Positions 14,286-28,609 of a stretch of DNA of 64,000 nucleotides are shown one piece after another. The DNA is from the human T2T-CHM13v2.0 reference genome, Homo sapiens. A program made the translations under genes and the position numbers. How positions within the stretch are numbered: position 1 is the first letter of the stretch; the number at the start of each line of letters is the position of its first letter. Below the pieces are notes generated by a model, which saw only the letters and a list, made by a program, of their open reading frames with translations, did no database searches and had not been told where the DNA came from. The stretch lies in assembly GCF_009914755.1 (NCBI RefSeq), contig NC_060929.1; one strand, 5' to 3'.

Positions 14286-14326
<41 letters not shown>
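14270..14326. repeat. Compound trinucleotide repeat (TTC)7(TGC)12
   Basis: Counted directly; equals (GCA)12(GAA)7 on the minus strand. Confidence 0.97.
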
Positions 14327-14328
<2 letters not shown>

Positions 14329-14560
14329 CTGTTTCTTCTGCTTCTTCTGCTTCTGCTTTTCCTCTTCCTCCTTCTCGTCCTCTTTCTTCTTCTTCTTTCC
14401 CCTCCTCTGCCTCCTCCTCCTTTTCTCCTCCTTTCTCTTCCTTCTCCTTCCTCTTCTTGTTCCTCCTCCTTCTTCCTTCTTCCTTCTCCTCCTTCCTTCT
14501 CCTTCCTCCTTCTTTTTCCTTCTTCTCCGTTTTTCTTCCTCCTCCTCCTTTACCCCTCCC
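14327..14560. repeat. Degenerate CTT/CCT polypyrimidine tract
   Basis: About 230 bp, almost entirely C/T on the + strand. Confidence 0.92.
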
Positions 14561-14620
14561 CAAGAACTAAAACTAAAAGGACTACATTCTTTGGGAACTT
14601 ATAAATAAATTTTTCAGATT

Positions 14621-15643
14621 TGCTATGAACTGAATATTTGTGTTTTCTAAAATGTATATACTGAAGTGTTAAGCCTCAATATGACTGCATTTGGAGACAG
14701 GGCCTATTAAAAGATTACAAAGGTTAAACAAGGTCATAATGAGAGGTGAAGCCAGCTGGGCTCCTGGGTCCAGTGGGGACTTGGAGAAATTTTCTGTCTA
14801 GCTAGAGGATTGTAAATGCACCAGTGAGCACTCTGGAAAAATGCACCAATCAGCACTTTGTGTCTAGCTAAAGGATTGTAAATGCACCAATCAGCACTCT
14901 GTAAAAATGCACCAATCAGCGCTCTGTGTTTAGCTAAAGGATTTTAAGTGCGCCAATCAGCACTCTGTAAAATGGACCAATCAGCGGGATGTGGGCGGGG
15001 CCAAATAAGAATAAAAGCTGGCCACCCTAGCCAGCAGCGTCAACCTGCTCAGGTCCCCTTCCACGCTGTGGAAGCTTTGTTCTTTCACTCTTCACAATAA
15101 ATCTTGCTGCTGCTCACTCTTTGGGTCTGCACTGCCTTTAAGAGCTGTAAAATTCACTGCAAAGGTCTGTGGCTTCACTCCTTAAGTCAGCAAGACCACT
15201 AACCCACTGGAAGGAAGAAACTCTGTACACATCTGAACATCTGAAGGAGCAAACTCCAGACACACCATCTTTAAGAGCTGTGACACTCACCGTGAAGGTC
15301 CGCGGCTTCATTCTTGAAGTCAGCAAGACCAAGAACCCACCAGAAGGAACCAATTCCAGACACAGTAACAGTCAGACCCTAATCTAATAGGATTAATGTA
15401 GTTGTAAAAAAGGTAAATGAGGACATAGCTAGAAGGCTGTCTGCAAGCCAGGAAGACAACCCTTACCAGGGGTTGCACCATGATCTTGGATTTACCAGCA
15501 TTCAGAATTGTGAAAAAAAAAACCCTGTATTTTTTGGCTTTGTTTATTTGTTTGCTTTTTAATAGGTTTATTTGTTATTTATTTGTTTGCTTTTTAATGC
15601 CAGTGTATGGCATTTTCTGTGGCAGCCCAGGCTGACTAATACA
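14621..15643 (+). mobile_element. MaLR LTR (MLT1B-like), split by an LTR12
   Basis: TGCTATGAACTGAAT...TTTGGAGACAGGGCC...AGGTCATAA [LTR12] ...GACCCTAATCTAATAGG...GGCAGCCCAGGCTGACTAATACA. Confidence 0.8.
14740..15364 (+). mobile_element. Solo LTR12 (HERV9 LTR)
   Basis: TGAGAGGTGAAGCCAGCTGG start, tandem CCAATCAGCACTCTG units, ends CCAGACACA; 4-bp TSD ATAA/GTAA. Confidence 0.95.
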
Positions 15644-15833
15644 ATGTTCCATTCTTTAAAAACACTAATTTTGGAGAACTAAAATAAAAATTTAAAACCC
15701 TCTGCTTTTTGATACTAGATGTTTGATTGCCTCTAACGTATGCATTTAAGTGGCAAGATTTTAACGTAAATAAAAGATTTTACAAATCTGACATTCTCAC
15801 AGAACTTTCAGTTGAAGAACATTTTCATATGCA

Positions 15834-16301
<468 letters not shown>

Positions 16302-17474
16302 TCAGGCTCTTTTAACCTTTTTTATCAAATTTATCCAGAAAACTCTCGCAATATTATAGCATCTATGTATCACAGCTGAAGAATAAATATTGGCTAATTT
16401 GTCTTTGCAGGGAAGAACACTTACCTAATCATAATTTATAGTTTTGTTTACCTTTCCATTGTGAAAGCTAATTATTTGTCTGAACAAGAGTTTCTCCCCT
16501 ATTAAGCCACTGGTGAGTAAAGACGCAATTTAAATTTTACTTGTGTATTCAGTTCACAAGCTTTATAACTCCCATTAGGGAATCAAATCCCTTCAGGATT
16601 TTTGTGAATGTTTACCCCTAGCAGAGGTAAATGACCAGTCTTCAATTTTAAATCATGGCTAGCAGAAGCTATAGTAAAGCATCAAAGAAGACCAAAACCC
16701 AAGTCACTTGGTTTTCAACACTCAGTTGTGTGACCATGACAGCAAATTATTAGCCTTGTCATTTAAATAGCTTTATTTGAAATGAATATAGAAAAAAAAC
16801 CTCCTTCTTATTCTATTACCATATTGCTGTGGATTATCTCCGGTAATTAAAAACAGCCCCTATTCCATTTTGGAGCTTCCAGGCTAGAAGTAATTTTCTG
16901 TTTTTTACATTTTTTTTTCTGCAAAAACAGGAGTTTTCTTCGAACATAAGTGCGTGGGTACAATTTCGTATTCTACAAATTTGGATAAGTGAGAAGTATA
17001 ACTTCTAAGAATTTTGTTATTTCTTTTTTTTTAAGTTAAAACATACCTTTTTTCTTAGTTCCCAATTCTACTCTGTGGTAAAAATGCAATCCCAGTCATT
17101 TCTGGGAAGTCTTCATCAATTCAGACTGATCTTACTCAATTTATAATTTCCCATATTTTCTAAATTCCAAGATGTTTAAATAATGTCAATGTATAGGGAA
17201 GGATAAAGATGCCTAATTGGCATTGATGTATCCTGGCATCTAAATTCACATTCCCAACTGGTCTCTTCTCTTTGGCCCATGCAAATTCACTTTAAGTCTT
17301 TCTTACTTCAACCACAAAATTCATTCTGTTTTCTCTGGCTCTTTGTTTCATGGGAAACTTCAGCTGTAACCAATCTCCTTTCCCATGTGGAATGACATAG
17401 AATCCCTGTGAGCCTCATTCCTGCCTGCCTACATACCTGGGTACCTCATGCAGTCATTTATAGTACATGGTTTC

Positions 17475-18365
17475 TGTATTGCGCAGAATAATAATCTCCC
17501 TTCTCTCTCAAATTTCCACATCTTCATCCTCAGAACATGTGAATGTGTTATTGTTACTTGGCAGGGTAGACTTCAGGTTGCAGGTGGAATTATGGTTGCT
17601 AAACAGCTGGTTTTTACATAGGGAGATTGTTAGGCCAGATGCGGTGGCTCATGCCTGTAACGCCAGCAGTTTGGGAGGCCAAGGCAGGTGGATGGCCTGA
17701 ACTCAGGAGTTCGAGACCAGCCTGGGCAACATGGTGAAACCCCATCTCTACTAAATTACAAAAAATTAGCGAGGCATGGTGGCACGTGCCTGTAGTCCCA
17801 GTTACTTGGGAGGCTGAGGCACAACAATTGCTTGAAGCCAGGAGGAGGAGGTTGCAGTGAGCCAAGATTGCACCACTGCACTCCAGCCTGGGCCACAGAG
17901 TGAGGCCCTGTCTCCAAAACAAAAAAAAAACAAACAACAACAACAAAAAAATTGATAGATCATTGTGGATTATCTTAATGAGCCCAGTGTAATAACAACA
18001 GCTCTCAAAAGTGGAAGAGTGAAGGAAAAGAAGAGTCAGAGAAGATGTGAGAACATTAGCAGAACAGAGTGATGCCATATAAGAAGGACTCAACCTACAA
18101 TTACTGGCTTTGAAGACAGAAGAAAAGCCATGTATCAGGAATATGAGAGGCCTGTAGAAGCTGGAAAATGTAAGGAAATGAACTTTCCCCTAAAAGCTCG
18201 ATAAAGGAAAGCAGCTATGCTGCCTCCTGCACCTTAGCCCAGTGTGTGAGACTCATTTCAGACTTTTGATCTACAGAACTACGAGATATTTAAAATTTTG
18301 TTTTTTTTAATTGCACTAAATTTGTGGCAATTTGTTTGTTACAGCAGCAATAGAAAGCTGAGACA
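17475..18365 (+). mobile_element. MaLR LTR (MLT1D-like), split by an Alu
   Basis: GCAGAATAAT...CATGTGAATGTGTTA...GCAGGTGGAATTATGGTTGCTAA [Alu] GGATTATC...GAGCCCAGTGTAAT...TTTGTTACAGCAGCAATAGAAA. Confidence 0.8.
17633..17950 (+). mobile_element. AluS
   Basis: Full dimer with an A/CAA tail. Confidence 0.95.
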
Positions 18366-18394
18366 GATCCCATGCCATGAGTGACATGACAGAC

Positions 18395-18941
18395 TGTATT
18401 AGTTAGGGTTCTCTAGAGGGACAGAACTAATAGGATAGATAGATAGATAAAGGGGAGTTTATTAAGGTGTATTGACTTACATGACCACAAAATTTAGTCC
18501 CAAAATAGGCCATCTGCAAGCTGAGGAACAAGGAAGCCAGCCTGAGTTCCAAAACCTCAAAAGTAGGTAAGCTGACACTGCAGCCTTCAGTCCATGGCTG
18601 AAGGCCTGAGAGCCCCTAGCAAACCACTGATGTAAGTCCAAGAGTCCAAAAGCTGAAGAATCTGGAGTCCTATGTTTGAGGGCAGGAAGCATCCAGCACA
18701 GGAGAAAGATGGAGGCCAGAAGACTCAGCAAGTCAAGTCCTTCCACCTTCTTCTGCCTGCTTTATTCTAATCAAACTGGCAGCTTATTAGATGGTGCCCA
18801 CCCAGATTGAGGGTGAGTCTGCCTCTCCCAGTCCAGTGACTCAAATGTTAATCTCCTTTGGTAACACCGCACAGACACACCAGGAATAATACTTTGCATC
18901 CTTCAGTCCAATCAAGTTGACAGTCAATATTAACCATCACA
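18395..18941 (-). mobile_element. Solo MLT2A (HERVL LTR)
   Basis: TGTATTAGTTAGGGTTCTCTAGAGGGACAGAACTAATAGGA...CAATCAAGTTGACAGTCAATATTAACCATCACA. Confidence 0.92.
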
Positions 18942-20934
18942 CAAGCTTTATAAGTCTTGTTGATGTTCAGGACTCTATCTGGGCATGTAGGCACAAGAAT
19001 GTTTGCTCTCAAAGTCTCTAATTTAACTCTCTTTCTATATCGCCCTTCCTTCCTGCTAGCTTGACTGCAACTGGGAAAGAGGTAGAGAATCATACTGACA
19101 GTTAAGGTATTTTTTCTTCTTTCTCATTGCCCCCTCTCCCTTAGCTTATAAAAACTGGAACAATTGAGGAGATCAGGAATAACTGCCTGACTTCACATCT
19201 CTCTAAAGTAAGTTATTTGTGGGATAAACTTCATGCTCTGTTTCCTTGAATCCTTAGACAATTGCAAATAAAACAGCACAGCTTTTATAAAGCAAAAGCT
19301 TTGAATTTCAAAATTTGTTTTGGCTATGAATTTTGAAAGCTTGTTTGAAACTAAGGAACCAAGAGTTGTTTTCTTTATTCCCTCGGTTTACTAGAATTCC
19401 TTCCCTAGGAAAATGGAGGTGGAATAAACAAGTTGTCTGGGCTTTGAAATGATCACATGGCACAAAGATATATAGAGAAAAAAAGTGAGTTAAAACTTCA
19501 AAATATTATCCCCATAAATAAATTCTGGGCTCTTCATGTAAATTATTCACTTTTTCATTATCCTCAGTCAAATTTAATCTCAGGACATCTTTTTCCTGTC
19601 ACCCAGGACACAACTGAGCTTCTGGTTCCTGTCCTCTGCTTCTGACTTTAATGGTTATGCATAAGAGTGTTTCAAATTCAGATTGCCTATCAATTGGTGG
19701 GAAGAAATGCTCTCACCTTAGACCCCTCAGTAGGCACTTGAAGATTTGCTAAGTTTCTTGATCTATTTACTTTAAAGCATAGCATCTCATCATAAATAGG
19801 GTGTGCTGCCACTCTTGACACTGTCTTGGTGAGAGGACCTTGATGGGTTTGAGCAGCTTCATGTCTTGTGTACCACTTTTCTTTCAAACAAGCTTTTCAT
19901 CTGTTCTCAACTAATACAAACAATCTTGGTTTTGAGTCAAATTGATTATCAGTAAAACCATGTTTTTATGTGTTGGGTGGGATGATGGGGGTGGACATAG
20001 GATGAAAAACAGAATAGAATCAGTGTCCAGACACATCCCTGAGCATAATCTCTGATTCCAGCATAGAGTCTATTTTCCACTCAGTTTATTGCAAATCAGA
20101 CATGAATAGAAAGAGAAATATTTTGGAAGAGAATAAATTATGTTTCAAAATTTAATGTTTTGAATACATTACTTCAGATAACACTCTTTCTTGCTTCCCT
20201 CAGTTAGTATGTAGAATCAGAAATTGCTTGCATTTATTTTATATAGGTATCAGCAAAAAGATTTTGAAAACAAGTTATCCTAAAGCCAAATACCCCAATC
20301 TGTTTCAAATATGAGGCCAAATTTTGTGATAAGCTATAATTGTTAATGTATTAATTGTTTTTATACAAAAATAATACTTGAACAAATGTTCAGGAAACAA
20401 AATTGAATTGTAATAATTATAGATATTACATATCTTGCTCAGTTAAATAATGAATAATTTCTTTAGAATTAAATGTGCTTTCTTCACTCTATGTTTGAAT
20501 TCAAGTAAATGTTGTTCCACATAATATATGTCTGTTTATAAAATTATATCTTTACACCAACAATTTTAGAGCTATTCCTCTTAATTGTAAGTTATAGCAG
20601 TTCTTTCTAATTTTAGTTTTTTCCTTTTTTAATATCAATATGTTAGCAGCTGTTAAGTCATAGAAATGCACTAAAAAAGCTAAATATTTAAAAGAATATT
20701 GTGGTGATTCTTTTTATAAATGATGAGGAAAACAGAGACAAACAGTGGACCTAAAATATATTAGTGTGTCCTCTGGACCAGGTTTATAAGAACCTATAAA
20801 GGTGATTTTATTTAATCTTTAGAACCCTGTAGTATTTTAATACCTATATATACAAACAAGTTGACTATGGCCTAGGGCAATTTCTAACTTATTAAAAAAG
20901 CATATAATTGGTAAGTAGTAGAGCTGGTATTTAA

Positions 20935-21284
<350 letters not shown>

Positions 21285-21883
21285 AACACATGACTCTTAA
21301 TTGCTTGCTAAGTAGTCTTTAAACAATGAGATCAATCTTCATATAATATGTCTATTTTGTGAGTTTTCAAGTTGTATAACATGACTGAGGATTATTAGAT
21401 CTTATGAAAACCATAAATAAATATCATTTTGTCCAAAGTTCATTTTGTTTAAAAGAAAATATGCTCAAAGTGATAAAATGCCAACTTATGGCCTTGCAAC
21501 TTGATATTGAAAGGAGGAATATGAATACCCATTATGAACCAGCTTCCCATTTTACTTCACCCAACTGTTTTGGGAGAATCTTAATAGTGCTTTTTATATC
21601 TCTGTGTTACTTATATATGGATTGTCCATCTCAATCATTGGAAAATAAGGGTCTCCCTATTATCCCCAGGAAAGAATCCTGACGGGATATTCTATATCAC
21701 ATATTCATATATATTCTTTTGGAAAATATGCAAATATGCTACTATTTCCCATCGGAGTAACATAGATTACCCTGATGGGTAAAAGTAGGGGTTCACAAGC
21801 CTGATGGATGCTCTAGGGGGCTGCATTTTGTTATTTGGAATTCCAGCCAGGCAGGTGGTCATTTTCCTGGAGATTTCCCTTGG

Positions 21884-22162
21884 TTTGAGAGGCCAAGGTG
21901 GGAGTATCACTTGTGTCCTGGAATTTGAGACCAGCCTGAGGAACATAGTGAGACCTTGTCTCTACACAAGATTTTTTTTTTTTTAAATTAGCCAGGTATG
22001 GTGGCACACACCTGTAGTCCCAGCTACTGGGGAGGCTGATGGGGGAGGATCACTTGGACAGGGGAGGTCGGGGCTGCAGTGAGCCATGATTGTGCCACTG
22101 CTCTCCAGCCTAGGCAACAGAATGAGACCTGTATCCAAATAATAATAATAATAATAATAATA
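21884..22162 (+). mobile_element. 5'-truncated AluJ with (AAT)n tail
   Basis: AACATAGTGAGACC, GGAGGATCACTT, GGCTGCAGTGAGCCATGATTG (J-type diagnostics). Confidence 0.9.
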
Positions 22163-24955
22163 ACTTAGATATTTATTTAACCTCAAGTGTAGACAAAGAC
22201 AAGTCAGCAACAAAAAACATTTATAATATATAAGCAAGAAGCTGGACTATGGAAATATGAAAGAGTAATTACTTTTTAAAATATTAGGATTTTGTAAAAC
22301 TAACAGTGAGGGAGAGACGTATAGAGTAACAAAGGCTTCAAACATTGGGGCAACTGAGTTTCCACAGTAATAGGAGAAGATGTTGATTAAGAAGTTGAGG
22401 GTGGAGAAAAAGGCCTTTTTCCATGCTGAGGAAGAATTTGTAAACAGGCTTTTGGAAGAAGACATTATATAGAGGAATATATTGATTATACATGACCTTT
22501 TAAACTTTTTCTTATAATAGTAATATGTCCAATTTATCTAATTGAGAAAGAAATAAAAAGAAGAAAAAATTAACCATAAAATAAATTAGCAATTCTAAGA
22601 CTCAGAGGTAGCTACTAAAACATTTTGAAATTGTTCCTTTCAGTTTTCTATGCATTGTTATATGGATGGTATAATAAAGTTTGTAACTTTAAAGAACTGA
22701 GAAATTGTACTAATGTATGAGCTATATCTTGATTGCACAAATCAAAATAGAAGATGAAGATGCAGTCATGTAAAAATATACAAACAAGAAAATTGGATAA
22801 GAAGGAGATTGAAAGAGGCAACAGATAAATTGTATTGTGGTAAATAGTAATGTATGAAACAGCAAAAAATATTCACCAATGTGCTGAGGTTTCTCAGTTT
22901 CAGCATTATTCAAAATTATGCTATTTATTAAAATTTATCCTGCTGCCTAATGATTTTGAAAAGATTATAACTGGCATAGATGACTAGTTCCAAGGACTAG
23001 ACTAGGTCTTTGATCACAAACAATCCTTTTATGTAAGATGCATTTTTGGCTTGTGGCAAACAACATGCAGTAATCAGTAGTACATGAAAGTAAGGTAGCA
23101 TCTGCAGAAAATCGCCTGCTGATTGCACAAAAATACTCATCTCTGCTCCACTTAGGATAAAGAAATCTACAGCTAATGGTCTCTCATGTTATTAATGAGA
23201 AAATACCAAATAACCCTCCAAAGCATAAATTTTCTTGAGCCTATAAGAAATCTGAGGTCATAAGGCAACTAAGTAAATACCACTTTGGAATAGTGAGGTC
23301 CAAAAACACAAAAGGCATTCATCTCTCTCAAGCTCTTTTTTTACCAGCCTCTGCCAGGTGCTCATGGGAAAGACTGAGGGCAGGGCAAGAGATTAGGGAG
23401 AGTCCCCCTTGATGGTACAGGTGCAGAGATGAGAAGTGGCTGCTGGAGGATAGGGGAAACGACCTTCCCAGTTTGTCAGAAACTTCTGTTCTACAAAGTT
23501 AAGCCACTGGGGTAAAGAGACAAAGCACCCTCTTCACCACAGTAACAAGCCAAAGATCCACTGCTTCTGGAAAAAGTAGGAGTTAAATCTTTAGGGCAGG
23601 AAATTATTGGCCAAGACCAACCACAGATACAGGCAGAAATGATGAAAGAGCCCTGTCCTTTGCACAGGACCTGTCTAAAGCTGAGGCTGGATCAAGATAA
23701 AAGACAAACCCACCCTCATGACAAATCTAGGTCCTACAACAAACAACAATCCACCACTGGGGTAGGTAGAAGAGCGTAGAAAGACCAGAAAAAGAGCAGA
23801 GAAGGACCTCCTCTGTATCAAGGGTGTGCAGGAATAGCTGAAGGGGAAGCCAGAAAGCTAAAACCTCCAGCATCTTAGCTGTCACTGTAAGCACAAGGTA
23901 AGTAAGTGGTCAATTAGTCCATCAGACTCAGGAAGAAATGGAAACCTGTGGTCTCCTGAAGGTAACAACAGAAACAACAACAGGCAAACACTAACACTGA
24001 TGAAATCTCAAAGGCATTATGCAAATGGAAGAAGTCAGGCACAAAAGACTCTACATTTTATTCTTTCATTTTCATGACATTTTGAAAGGGTAAAAGTATA
24101 CAGGGTCAAAAATCAGATTCATGTTCACCAGTGACTGGGGATGATTGGAAAGGACTGTGTAAAAAATGCATAAGGGAATTTTTTGTGGCAATGAATATTT
24201 ATTCTATGTCTTCACTGTGATGGTGGCTACATGACTATGGACATTAACTTAAATATATGTAAATTAACTTTTTAAAAGTTTGAACAAAGAAAGAGTGATG
24301 TAACCTTTGTTGAAAGGAAAACACAACTGGGATTCAGGAGACCTCGTTCAAAAAAAAACGTTCAAACACAGAGAAGTGTTCAAAAAATGTTTTTAGTTAT
24401 GTAAAAAGTGAAAAATAAAATCCTGATATTACTATACAACAACCGGAATGGCTTTAACAAAGATATGCACAAACACACCAAATAAACATAAACATACCAA
24501 AAAATGTAATAAACCAAGTTTAGACCAGAGTATAGGGAAATTGAAACATTGCATTGCTGGTGGGAATGCTAGTTGGTACAACTATTTTGAAAATTGGCAA
24601 TATCTACTAAAGCTGAATATATGCTTTCTATATAATCCAGCCTTCCATTTTGAGGAAGATGAAGTGGAGGGGATGAAGGAAGTTTGAAAACATGTATGGA
24701 AGGTTCCCCACAACAAAAATGCTTCCCCTTTTACCCCTGGCCTATTTTAGTTAAGATAAAGATCATACCATAATTTGCTTTCCAGAACTTGTTTACCTAC
24801 TCTATCAGGTAACAAATGCTGGATGATGAATTTTTGGCAATGAGAAAAATGATGTAAGTGTTACAAGATTAGGTAGATGATTCAGCTACTAAGCAAGAGT
24901 TAGTAATATTTTGCAAAGTTATATAATTCTGATATTTATTCTTTGTGATTTATAA

Positions 24956-25276
<321 letters not shown>

Positions 25277-26357
25277 TGTTTTTTTATTTTTATAAATTTA
25301 TGGAGTACATATGTATTTTTTTTTAACATGAATAGATTACACAGTGGCAAAGTCAGGGCTTTTAGGAGATCCATCACCTGAATAACATTCATTTGTTTTT
25401 ATTGAAGGTCCAAATTTTTTTCTTAATAAAGGAAGTACTACTTTTGCCCTGTCAGCTCACTTTAAAAGTGACATTGTTGAAGTTGACAGACGTAAGATGA
25501 ATGTGTTTCAATAATAAATTTGTTCATGTTCAAAAATATTTTGAGAACGATTTCTTTTTTTATGTTCGTCATTCAAATGGGAGAGAAGAAATCATACAAA
25601 AATCTTTGTTAATTGCCTTGTAGTAAATGAGAGCAAGAACAATGTCAACTCATGTTTTGGTCCGTCCAACCTCACTTCCACCCTGCAGAGTCCTCCCCTG
25701 ACATGCAAGCTAGCCTAACTATTATGGAACAAAGCACAGAATCAAAGGGGATGAAAGTAAAGTATGTTTCTTTTGAACCTAAATAGGATTATAGAAGAGC
25801 TGCTATTTACCAAGGCTCCATTATGTATAAAATGTCCACATATTTTTCCTGCCGGTTGCCTTGGAACACAGCAGGGAATGTCTCTCCCAAGCAGAAGAAC
25901 TGCTTCTAAACTGCTATGAAACCAAGAATGCACTAGAATATTAGCAGATTATCAGTTCAGGCTTTATAGTAATCTTCAAAATGCCCAGAATGCTATTAAG
26001 GATATCAGGTAATTCTAGGTTATTGTTTTATATGTTGGTATAAATTTTAATGAGCTATATCTCTGGGGAGAAGTGTCTAATCAACAAAGTATGGGCATTT
26101 TAATCAAGTTTTACTTTTTACTTGTCTGAGATTAGTAAAATTATTTGTAGAAAGGCCAACAGTCAGAAGATCAGAATGTAACCAATTGCACTACAACAGT
26201 TCCCCCATCTGTGCTGGGACTAGTTTTCTGCATCTGGTCTAGATTATCTCATCTTCCTTCCCAGGTCTAAAATCCAATGCATCTGTTACACAGCAGAAGA
26301 ACTTTTTTGTGTGATAAAAACATAATTTATATAGTAAAACCTTCATTTTAGAATCAA

Positions 26358-27220
26358 TAGGAAACTCTCAACAAGGGATTAACTACCAGAATATACAAGG
26401 AACTCCAACAACTCAATAGCAGAAAAGCAAACAATCTGATTAAAAATGGGCAAAAGACCAAAATAGACATTTCTCAAAAGAAGATATACAGATGGCCAAA
26501 AGGTATATGGAAAAATGTTCAACATTACTAATTGTGATGGTTAATATTGAGTGTCAACTTGATTGGATTGAAGGATGCAAAGTATTGTTCCCGGGTGAGT
26601 CTGTGAGGGTGTTACCAAAGGAGATTAACATTTGAGTCAGTGGACTCGGAGAGGCAGACCCACCTCAGTCTGGGTGGGCATCATCTAATCAGCTGCCAGT
26701 GCGGCTAGCATAAAAGCAGGGAGAGGAACATGGAAGAACTAGACTGGCTAAGTCTTCTGGCCTCCATCTTTCTCCTGTGCTAGATGCTTCCTGCCCTTGA
26801 ACATCAGACTCCAAGTTCTTCAGCTTCTGGACTCTTGAACCTACACCAGTAGTTTGCTAGGGGCCCTCAGGTCTTCAGTCACAGACTGAAGGCTGCACTG
26901 TCAGCTTCTCTACTTTTTCAGTTTTGGGACTCAGACTGGCTTCCTTGCTCATCAGCTTGCAGACGGCCTATTGTGGGATTCACCTTGTGATTGTGTGAGT
27001 CAACACTCCTTAATAAACTCCTCTTCATATATACATCTATCCTATTAGTCCTGTCCCTGTAGATAACCCTGACTAATACACTAATCATCAGGGAAATGAA
27101 AATCCTTCAAACATCATCTCACCCCAGTTAAAATGGCTGTCATGAAAAATACATCAAAAATAATAAGTCCTGGTAAGGGATGCAGAGACAAAGGAATGCC
27201 TGTACACTATTGGTGAGAAT
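26358..27220 (+). mobile_element. L1 ORF2 3' fragment split by an MLT2A
   Basis: CAACTCAATAGC...AAAATGGGCAAAAGAC..AATAGACATTTCTCAAAAGAAGA...CAACATTACTAAT [LTR] CATCAGGGAAATG...CATCTCACCCCAGTTAAAATGGCT. Confidence 0.85.
26533..27080 (+). mobile_element. Solo MLT2A (HERVL LTR)
   Basis: TGTGATGGTTAATATTGAGTGTCAACTTGATTGG...CCCTGACTAATACA; perfect 5-bp TSD CTAAT (26528-26532 / 27081-27085). Confidence 0.95.
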
Positions 27221-28010
27221 CAACAGGGAATTCTTGAAACATTTTCCATCTTCAAGCATAAGAATAGCTTTTGGAGAAACTAGGCCTCTTCAATACCTGA
27301 ACCTGGAATATAAAATTCTGAATATTGCCACTGTTGGAAACATAATGACCTGAGAAATACATAAAACCAGTTATGTAACATGTAAAATATATATTTTTAT
27401 TTTATATTGTTTTGTTGTTCATGACCCCAAAAGTCATAAACTTTCATCAGCATCTAGGACAGTGCATGACACAAAGTAGATGCACAGTAAATAAGTGTTG
27501 AATGAATATAAATGGAAAATAAAACAGAAATCTGTGAGTCTCCTATTAAGAGGCCAACTGTTGGACCATCTGAATTGCCTGAGCTTCTTCAACCATTTAA
27601 AAAATTTTTGTATTCATTGTTAAGTATTTTTGTTTTATTTTGTTTTTATTCTGAAGCATAACACAGAAAATGCATACAGAATATAAACATACAGTTCATT
27701 AATTTGTAATCACACAATGAAAACATGGGTATCTGCCTTCTGGGTTAGGAAATAGAAAATTGCTACTACTTCAGAATTCTCCCTAGTATGCCACTAAGAT
27801 ATTGAATATCCTAAGCTTTATGATATTCACTTCCTTATTTTTCTTCATAGCTTTACCCCCAAGCATGCAACACAAAACACTATAGTTTAGTTGTGCCTGA
27901 CTTTTGACATTTATGTAGTGAAATCATACAGTATGCATTGTCATCCACAATTAAGTTTGTGGGAGTCATCTATATTATACAGAGTAAAAGTTAATTTAAT
28001 TGCTGTATAG

Positions 28011-28212
28011 CAGGGAATGTCAAACTTTTTCTTAAAGGGCCAGATAGAAAATAGTATAGGCTTTGTGAGCGAGAAGCAAAGTTGAAGCTATTATGTATAT
28101 AACCATTTAAATAATAATTATCTAAAAATACATAAACCCTTCTTAGCCTATGGGCTATAAAAAACAGACAGCTAGCTAAATATAGTTCAAGGTCTACAGT
28201 TTGATAATCCAT
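28011..28212 (+). mobile_element. MER58-family (hAT-Charlie) MITE inside an old L1
   Basis: CAGGG...CAAACTTTTTCTTAAAGGGCCAGATAGAAAATA. Confidence 0.7.
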
Positions 28213-28609
28213 GCTGAATAATTTTGCATTATATAGATATATCACCATTTATGTATGCCTTTTACTTTTGATGACATTTGGGTTGTTTCCAGTGTAAGGC
28301 TTTTACAAATGATGCCACTATGAACACCTTCATATATGACTTTGGAGAACATAAGTACACGTTTCTGTTGTGCATATACCACATTTCTTGTAGTGACATT
28401 TCTTGGTACTAGGTTATCCATATATTTTGACTTTAGTAGATAATGTCAAACCATATTCTAAAGTTGTACCAATTTACATTACTAACATAGTCTATGAACT
28501 TTCATACCATACTTTTTTTTGTCTTTGGCCTTTCATATTCAGTCAAAACACTATTTTCTAAAGTTACTTAGATCTGCTCCTTTTATTCCTTATCCCCTTC
28601 ATCAAGGTT

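Noticed and set aside
14270-14326. Possible known CTG disease locus (e.g. SCA8, TCF4 CTG18.1, DMPK)
   Set aside because: The flanks are an L1 and a TTC run and do not resemble those loci as I recall them
14107-14608. Overlapping ORFs with poly-L, poly-A, poly-C and poly-E tracts
   Set aside because: Translations of the TTC/TGC/CCT simple repeat, which lacks stop codons; no gene context
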